Assembly: GCA_947169105.1 (NCBI GenBank)
Contig: CAMVOL010000003.1
Coordinates: 33,977-97,976, forward strand
Direction: 5' to 3'
Origin: an uncultured Bacteroidales bacterium
GTDB taxonomy: Bacteria > Bacteroidota > Bacteroidia > Bacteroidales > WCHB1-69
DNA length: 64,000 nt
Below the pieces are notes generated by a model. The model saw only the letters and a list, made by a program, of their open reading frames with translations. It made no database searches and was not told the origin of the DNA. This document shows positions 15,001 to 24,000 of this stretch, one piece after another. Position numbers and translations under genes: made by a program. Position 1 is the stretch's first letter; each line of letters opens with the position of its first letter.

Positions 15001-18000
15001 GTGCATTGTTCAAATACCATGTCTGCTGCACACTGTCAAGCATGAAGCTGTGATCCCAACTTACACTTGCAATGAGGCTGATGACATCGCCTTCGCAACG
15101 CATCTGGTCGCCAGAAATAACAACCACCGGGAGCGGACGTACCGTAACTGCTGCAGAGGTGGCACGTGCTGACACGCAGTTTGAATTACTCAACTGCGAG
15201 ACCGTTGCAGAATAAATAATCTGTTCTGCTTCCGTTCCAGAAAGAACAGTTGCATCATGGAACACGGAATCCGTAACACCCTCTATAAGAACACCATTCT
15301 TATACCAAGTGAAGATGTACGGCTCATGTTCGATACCACCATTAGCAGAAGCCGTGATTCTCAAATCATAACCAGAGCACACATCCGTGGTATCCGGCTT
15401 GATTTCAGTAATCATGGCAGGAGCAACTGTCGTCACCTTGATGTTACCTTCAGCAACACAGTCAGAGGTGGTCTGAGTTACTTTAACATAGAAGATGGTC
15501 GTAGAGGCAACCGTAGTTGTCAGTGTTCTTTCCGTAGCACCCGAAATTGCTTCCGTAGTACCATTCGTGTACCATTGATAAACAAGATTATCATCGTTGT
15601 AATCGCCAAGGACAGCGGTCAAAGTGACTTCACCATTATTGCAGATGGTTGTGTCGCTTGCTGTCACGACAACATGGATGCTATCATTCACATAGACAGG
15701 ATATTCTGTACTCAACATACGGCAGCCGTTCGTGTCGGACACCTGCACCATGAACATGTATGCGTCAGTGCTGTCCGGGAGGTTCTTGTAGGTGAGGCTG
15801 TCGCCCTTCGTGTTCAAAATCACATTAACACCGTCCGCTGTCAGGTTACGGTTAGCCAGCATCCACTGGTAGCTCAGTCCGGTACGTGTCGTTTCGTATC
15901 CGTTCACATTCGCACGCAGAATCACGTCCGTACCGTCACACACCAGCGGGTCGCCTTCGATTGCAACCGTCGGATTCGGATATACATACACTGTTGTGTC
16001 ATTCGTCACCGTGCATCCTCCGAAGATCGAGCTGAACATAACTCCATATTCGTATGCCGTAGAATCGCCGTCAATTGCCAGCGGGCTGTCATGCAACGTT
16101 GCCGTGTTCGCACCCGCGATCGCCACGTTGTTCCGGTACCACTGGAATGTGCCTCTCTGGCCTTCCACTGCTGCCGTCAGCGTGATCTCGCCGCCGCTGC
16201 ACACCATCGTCTTGTTCACCGTCAGGACAATAATCTCAGACGAGTTCACCACGTGAATCGTGTCGTATCCGTTCATCCAGCAGCCAGACGTCGTCTGCAT
16301 CACCTGCACTCGGTAGATGCTGTCCGTCTCGCTCGGATTCACCGTCAGCGTCCGGCTTGTGCCGCCAGGAACATTCGTCCAGTCGTTTTCGCCAGCACCG
16401 CTCTTCACCGACCACACATACACAAGGTTGTCAGCGTTATAGTTGCCAAGGTTCGCCGTGAAGGTCACCTCGCCGCCAGGACACAGAGTGTCAGCCGTTG
16501 CGGTCACCACCACCTGCACCGTGTCGTTCACATACACATAGTAGGGTTCGCTCGTCACGCGGCAGCCCGTGCCCGGCATCTCGGCCGTCACCGTGTAGAT
16601 GTAGGCCTCATCGGCTGCGCCACCCGCCAGCATGACCAGCGTGTCGGTCGCTTTGAGTACATCCGCGTTTGTCAAGTCTGTATTGTTCAGTCTCCAAGTG
16701 TATTGCAGACCGTCCATGTTGTTGGCAATGTCGTTCAGGTGTGCGTACAACGTCACTGTGTCGTGGTCCTGACCTGCGCAAAGAATCGCGTCTCCGCTGA
16801 TCTCAAGCGTCGGCTGCGGTATCACCCACACCGTGTCATACGCCGTGGCCGATTCGCATCCCGTGGAGGCCTGGCGCACGCTCACTCCATAGACAAACAA
16901 CATCGAATCCGTGGTGCCGCCCACATACGTCGGGTTGTCGTACAGCACGCTGTCGCTCGCGCCTGACACTTCAACGCCGTTGATGTACCATGTGTAAACA
17001 TACGCTTCCGTGCTCACTCCCTTCGTGGCCGTGGCCGCCAGTCTCACCTGGTAGCCGCTGCAGATCGTGTCGTTGTCTGCCACAACATCCACTCCCGGCT
17101 TCTCCTTCACCGTGAACTTCACGCTGTCGCCCGCAACACAGCCGGAGGTCGTCTGCTCCACTTCCGCATACACCGTGTGTTCGGTCGCGTCAGCAAACTC
17201 GCGCGTCATCGTGGCCGTCGTAGCGCCTGCAATGGCCGCTCCGTCAACCGTCCAACGATACACAAGATCCGTCGCGTTGTTGTCGGCCAGTGCCACCGTA
17301 AAGGTCACCTCGCCACCAGCGCAGATCGTCGTGTCGTCCGCAACAAGCGCAACTCGCAGACTGTCGTTCACATGCACATAGTATTCGGCACTCATAGCCG
17401 AACAACCTCTGACGGAGTCACTTACTTCAACAGTATAAATATAGTATTCATCTTGAGCGGTAAGAGTATCTGTCAATTCACGACCTGTTGCAATAGTAGT
17501 ATTATTTCTTCTCCAAGTATAGGTGTAATTAACACCCTGGATTGAATCATTCAAGTTTGCAGTCAAAGTAACAGTACCTTTGTGACAGATGGTTGCATCA
17601 CCTTCAATGGCAACCGTCGGCATCGGGACAATATAGACAGTGTCCGCCTTCGTGTCGGTGGTGGCACAACCGCTGTACGCCTGTGTCATCTTCACCGTAT
17701 AGATATAGCTCGTACCGTTATTTTCTGCAGTCAGTACTTCACTGAACGTGCTGTCCGTCACACCCGCAATCTCTTCACCATTACGGTACCATGTATAGGT
17801 GCGTGCGCTGCCGTTGTTCACAGTGGCCGTTGCCGTCACTGTCACCTCACTGCCCACACACAGCGTGTCTTCCTCCGGAGTGATCGTCACAGAAGCTATC
17901 TGCGGGTCGTTCACAACCTCAACAGAATCAAAGCCCTGGGCCATACAGCCAGACGGGTTCAGTAACGCCTTCGCATAGTATTTCTTCACTCCCGCTTCTG

Positions 18001-21000
18001 TCACGGTCGTGGTGTAGCTGCGCTCCGTGGCTCCGCCAACAGCATCGCTGTAGCTGGCATCCGTGTACCACTGGTAGGTCAGATTGTCCGCGTTGTTGCC
18101 GCCCACGTTGGCCGTGAAGGTCACTTCGCCGCCAGCGCAGATTGTATCAACATCCGTGGTCACAACCAGCGTCGCGCTGTCGTTCACATACACAAGGAAC
18201 TCTTCGCTCACCGCGCTGCAGCCCGTGCTGTCGCTCGTGGCTATCACCTGGAATGCATACGGGTAACTGCGTTGGCTGAGTGTCACATCATGGGTTGGTT
18301 CTGTGGAAACCGCCCCGTCATTCACACCGTCCTTGCGCCACTGGTATTTGTACGTGCCCGTGCTGTTAAGCAGATGGGCCACCAGATTCGCTGTCGGGTT
18401 GTTGCCGCAAAGTATCGGGGCTCCCGTAATCGTCAGCGTCGGGTTCGGAAGTACCGTCACCGTCACCGTCGATGAAGGATTGGACTGGCATCCGCTCACA
18501 CCCTGGTTCACCACCGCATAGTAGATGAATGTGTTGGTGTCACGGTCAATGTTGGTCGGCTGGTCAACGAACATGCTGTCGCTCACTCCGGCAACCTCTA
18601 CTCCGTTGCGGTACCATGTATAATTATAGGCCGTCTCTTCCATACCACCTTCTGCATGGGCTGTCAGTTGCACCTGACCGCCATAGCAGATGTTGTTATG
18701 GTTCGCCTCCACTGTGACACTCGGAATCTCTTTGGTGACCACCTTCACGCTGGCCGTGTCGGCGCAACCGCTGGCAGTCTGTGTGGCAACAAAGTAGTAG
18801 GTCACATCCCCGGTGATGGTGTCTGCGGTCGTGTAGCTCCATTCCGTAGCTCCGTGGATCGCTGTCCCTTCGCTCGGCTCGCCCTTGTACCACTGGTAGG
18901 TCAGGCCGCTGATGTTCGCATCGTTGATCGTCGGGGTCAGGGTCACCTGACCGTTGTCGCAAATCGTGACAACGGTGTCAAGGAATGCCACAACCATCGC
19001 CTTGTGCACATTCACTTCAAACGGGTCGCTCGTCGCGGAGCAGCCGCGAGTAGCGTCCGTCACAAACACAACGTATGTGAAGGTCGAGTCGCCGCCCTTG
19101 GTGCCCGTATAGGTCTTCCCGTCATATACGTTCACGTTGTTCGCTCTCCATGTGTATTGGTAGGTCACATTCTCTATGCTGTCGTTCAGGTTCGCAACAA
19201 GAGTGACATTGTCTTCACCCTCGCACACATCCTGCGTGCCGCTGATCGCAACCGTCGGCATCGGAGCAATGAGAATTGTATCAAGTTTCATTAATGATGT
19301 ACAACCGCTGTTGGCCTGGGATGCTTTCACACCATAAATGTATGTAGTATATCCATTGGCGATTGCCACCGGAATATCTCTGTAATTTGTATCGGTAGCA
19401 CCTTCTACAACCACACCATTCTTATACCAAGTGTAGGTATAGGTTCCTTCGATGTCAGAATTGCCTTTGGCAGAGAACACAATTTCCATACCACCACAAA
19501 CCGTATCCTGAACATTGTCAGTAATCGTAACAGTGGGAATATCTTTCACATTGATCTTCACAGAATCCATAGCGGCGCAAAGTCCGTTGCGGATAGCTTT
19601 GACTTTTGCATAAACTTCGCCTGCTGCATCAAAAGTATGAGTATAAGTAGTGTTCGTAGCATACGGGACAGAGTCATTGCAGAACCATTGATAAGTGACA
19701 TTTTCGTCACCATTGGCAATGCGGGCTTCAAAAGCCACTTCACCGCCCATACAAATGATTGTGTCAGAAAATGCGATTTGAGGAATCGGGGTAGCATACA
19801 CATTCACGGTGAAGGGTTCGCTTTCTATGCTGCAACCATAATCATTTGTAACAGTAGCCGTGAACGTATAAGTACCGTCAGCAAGATCCGCCGTCTTTGT
19901 AGCGGTGAAACCTGTCAGAGCTTCAGCGGCGCCGAGAGCAGCACCATTCTTCGTCCATGCAATGTTGGTATAGGTATTCGGGTATTCGGGACTTACCGTC
20001 GCCGTCAGCATAACCTGAACATCTGTTGTATTGTCATAGCAAGTATCTGTCGTACCAGCAATGGTAACCGTATAGGAAGGAATGACATAGACTGTATCAT
20101 AGACTGTAGTGTCACAACCTGTACCTTCCTGTGTGAAATGGACACCGTAGATGAATGTCTTAATATCAGAACCCGTAGCTTCGGGAGCGTCACGGAGGAC
20201 GGACTGGTCGGCCTGGTTGTTGGTAAGGACTTCACCGTTACGAGTCCAAACGTAGGTACCGTTACCTGTCGTAGAAACATTAGCCTGGAATTCATATTCG
20301 TAACCACTACAGACTGTATCTTTGGTAGGAGTTTGGGCGATGGTGACAGTAGGCATACCTATCACTTTCACAGAATCACTGCCAGAAGCGGGACAATCCG
20401 TATTCTGCTGACGGACACGGACAAAATATTTATATTCCGTTGCCGTCGGAGCAACTGTCAGCGTATTGTTGTTTTCGCCGTTGAGAATCGAAGTGTCGCT
20501 CGTGATCTTATACCATTGATAAGTAATGTTATCCGTAGTAAAGTTGCCGATGTTGGCAGTGAAAGTAACATTGCTACCAGCGCAAATGCTGTCCTGATCA
20601 TGAGTGACCTGTACATTGATGGAATCGTTCACATAGACATAGAACGGATCCGCTTCAACCGTGCAGTTAGCACGATATTCAACTTTCACAGTATAGATAT
20701 ACGGATAGGCACGGCCGTCGGCAGCATCTTCAAATGCCTCGCTATTACTACCGGTCTGTGCTTCATTATCTTTATACCAAGTATAGTTAATCGGAGTATA
20801 ACCGTCCTGAACATCAGCCGTCAGCTTAACGGTATCGTTGTGGCAAACCAGCGGCGTACCGATGATATGGACTTCCGGAGCGGGCTGGATGTAAAGAGTA
20901 TCATATTTGATAACAGACTCGCAACCACTGCTGGCCTGCGTAGCCTTCACACCATAAACAACCTTGGCGATGTTGTTGCCGTTGTTCACAGGATCATCCG

Positions 21001-24000
21001 TGAAGACAGTATCCGTGACACCATTCAGAATCTCACCATTTCTATACCAAGTGTAGATGTAGTTTTCATTGTTGATACCAGGGGTCGTGGTGACACCAAC
21101 CGTAACGGTCTGACCATTGCAGATGGTATCGTTTGTCTTGATTTCCACTACGATATCAGGAACTGCGGAAACCTTGACTTCTATTGTGTCGCGGCCTTCA
21201 CAAGTTGCTTCATTGGTGTGGTTACGAATGACAGAAGCCACCACTTTGTAAGTGTTGGCAGCATCAAACGTGTAATGGAAAGTAGAAGAAGTGGCACCTG
21301 CAACAGCTGCACCATCCACATACCATTTGTAAGAAACATCGCTGGCGTCGTTGGAAACAGCAGCTTCAAAGTCCACAGAACCGTTCACACAAATGGTGGT
21401 GTCGCTGGAAAGGACCTCAACCACAGGTGTACCATATATATATATGGGGAAGTTGACGCTTTCGGCTTCGCAACCGTCACCGCAGTCAACCTTCACTGTA
21501 TAAAGATAGGTACCTTCAGGTCTGACTGTCGCTTCGGAAAGGGTGTCGGCAGTGCCTGTCTGGACCATATTACCATTGAGATACCATGTATAGGTAGGCG
21601 TAGCGAGGGTGGAGGGAAGGATAGTTCCATCCGCTGTTATTTCGCTCTTCAAAGAAACTTTATTTTCATCGGAGTTGCAGAGATATGAAGTTGTCATATC
21701 TTTCAAAGCGATGGCAATGTTGATGTTCTTGATCACATAGATAGTGTCGGAAACGGTGGTGTCGCAACCTGTGCCATCTTGTGTGAAGCGTACGGAATAA
21801 ATCACATTACCAGTGGTGGACACCATCGGGTCGTCGCTGATGGAATTGGTGACACAACCGTTCATCACCACACCGTTCTTATACCAAGTGTAGGTACCAT
21901 TGTTGGTTTCTTCACCATTGACAGTGACCTTGAAAGCAACATGACCGCCATTGCAAATGGTGTCGTGGGTGTCTATAGTGGTAATATCAAGCTGAGGCTT
22001 GTTGATTACTTTCACAGAATCAACACCGAAAGCTTTGCAGCTGAGACCAGCTTGCTGAATCAGAACACTATAGGCCTGATAGTTACCTGCAGTAGCTGTA
22101 GGCACATGAGTGCAAGTTTGGGAAGTGGCACCGGCTATGGCCGTGGTAGTGTCGGCATCGCTGAACCATTTGTAGAGGATACCCGTAGTGAGCTGGTTGC
22201 CGATGTTGGCTGTAAGGGTCACATCCGTACCTTCACAAACAGAATCCAGATCATGGGTGATCTGCACATAGATGGTGTCATTGACATACACATAGTACGG
22301 CTCACTTGTTGCGGTGCAACCGAGGTTTTCGTTCGTCATCACAAAGGTGAAAGAGTAGGGATAGGTGCGCGCGGGAAGCACGGTGTCAATCGTGTTGGCA
22401 CCCGTCTTGAATGTGGCGTTGGATTCTCTCCACTCGTATTCATAGCTATTGAAATCATCGTTGATGTTAGCGGTCAGCTTGACAGTGTCGTTCAGACAGA
22501 CCATCGGGGCACCGGTGATTTCAACGGTCGGCATCGGACGGACAATAGCAGTATCGAACACAACCGTGTCGGTAGCACAGCCGCTGATGCTCTGGGTCAT
22601 CGTGACGGTATAGACATAATTGGTCTGCGTGTTGTTCGTGCAGGTGAGCGTTTCAGTGAACACGGAATCCGTCACACCTGAAATTTCAACGCCGTTTCTA
22701 TACCATTTATATATATTAGTAGAAGGAGCATCTCCTGTGGTCACTTCAGAGGTTGCATAAACCGTAACCTGTGAACCCGAACAAATGGTGTCGGGGGTGA
22801 CTTTCACCGCGGTAATCTTGGGAGCTCCATACACTTTAATCTTTACCGTATTACTGGAAGCCTTGCAAGAAGGATTCTGATCCGGGTCACTCGTGTAATA
22901 TTGATAGAGGTCAACTTTGTATTCCACTTCATCATCGGTGGGGGTGACGGTGATAGCATCGCCGACAAAGGAAAGGGTGTCATTGTTGGTGACATTAATC
23001 CATTTGTAAGCGACCGCCGGAACATCGTTCGTAGAAGTGACAATCAAAGAAAGGTCAACATCACCACCTCTGCAGATCATTGTATCGGAAGCCATCAACC
23101 GCACTACCGGGGTAGCATCCACTTGGATGTTGAACTCGGCTTCGCCCCATGAATTGCAACCGGCAACCCCAGGCAGTTTAATCACAACGCTGATGTTGTG
23201 AGGAGAAGTTGCACCACTAAGATCATTCGTGAGGAGGCGGTGAGTTGTCTCGGTCGTCTTTTCAATGCCATCCACAAACCAACGATATTGGGCGTTGGTC
23301 AGACGGGACTCCATTTCACTGTTGAGAACAACAACGGTCAGAGAATCTTCCGTGCCTTCACAAATATGGTCGGGGCCTTGGATAACGGCATTCAATGACG
23401 GGAGGACATCAAAGACCACGGACTGGTTTGACTTCGGTGCACAACCTGCGACCGACGACACTTCAACCGAATACTGGGTCTGGATGGCTGTGGTCCCATT
23501 GTTCTCCAACACATCATAGAAAGAAGTGTCGGTGGCACCAATCTCCACACCATTTTTATACCATTTATATATATAGTCCTCGCGGGGGCCATTGGGGAAG
23601 CTTGCACTGACTTTCACCTGCGCTCCGTTACAGACAAAATTATTGTCAGCAAGTTCATACGAGACATGCGTATTCGTTGCATTCAGCGTATCACCATACA
23701 CAATCACCGCGGGTGTCTCAATGGAATCGCGGAGACCGATATGAATTGTGCCTTGGGCCACGCAAGAAGCAATAGCCGGAGTGACCGTCACTGTAAGGTC
23801 GGAGGCAGCATTCACTATATAGGTGATACTTTCTGTTGTGTCACTCGTTGACCACTGATATTTTTTATAATTTGTGGTGAAACCGTTGACTCTTGCTGTA
23901 AGGGTCACTTCCGTTCCTGCGCAGACAGAATCGGATGTGCTCACCACTTCAATCGTGGGCATGTTATGGACAAAGACCTCAAGTTCGTTGGTCCATGCGT

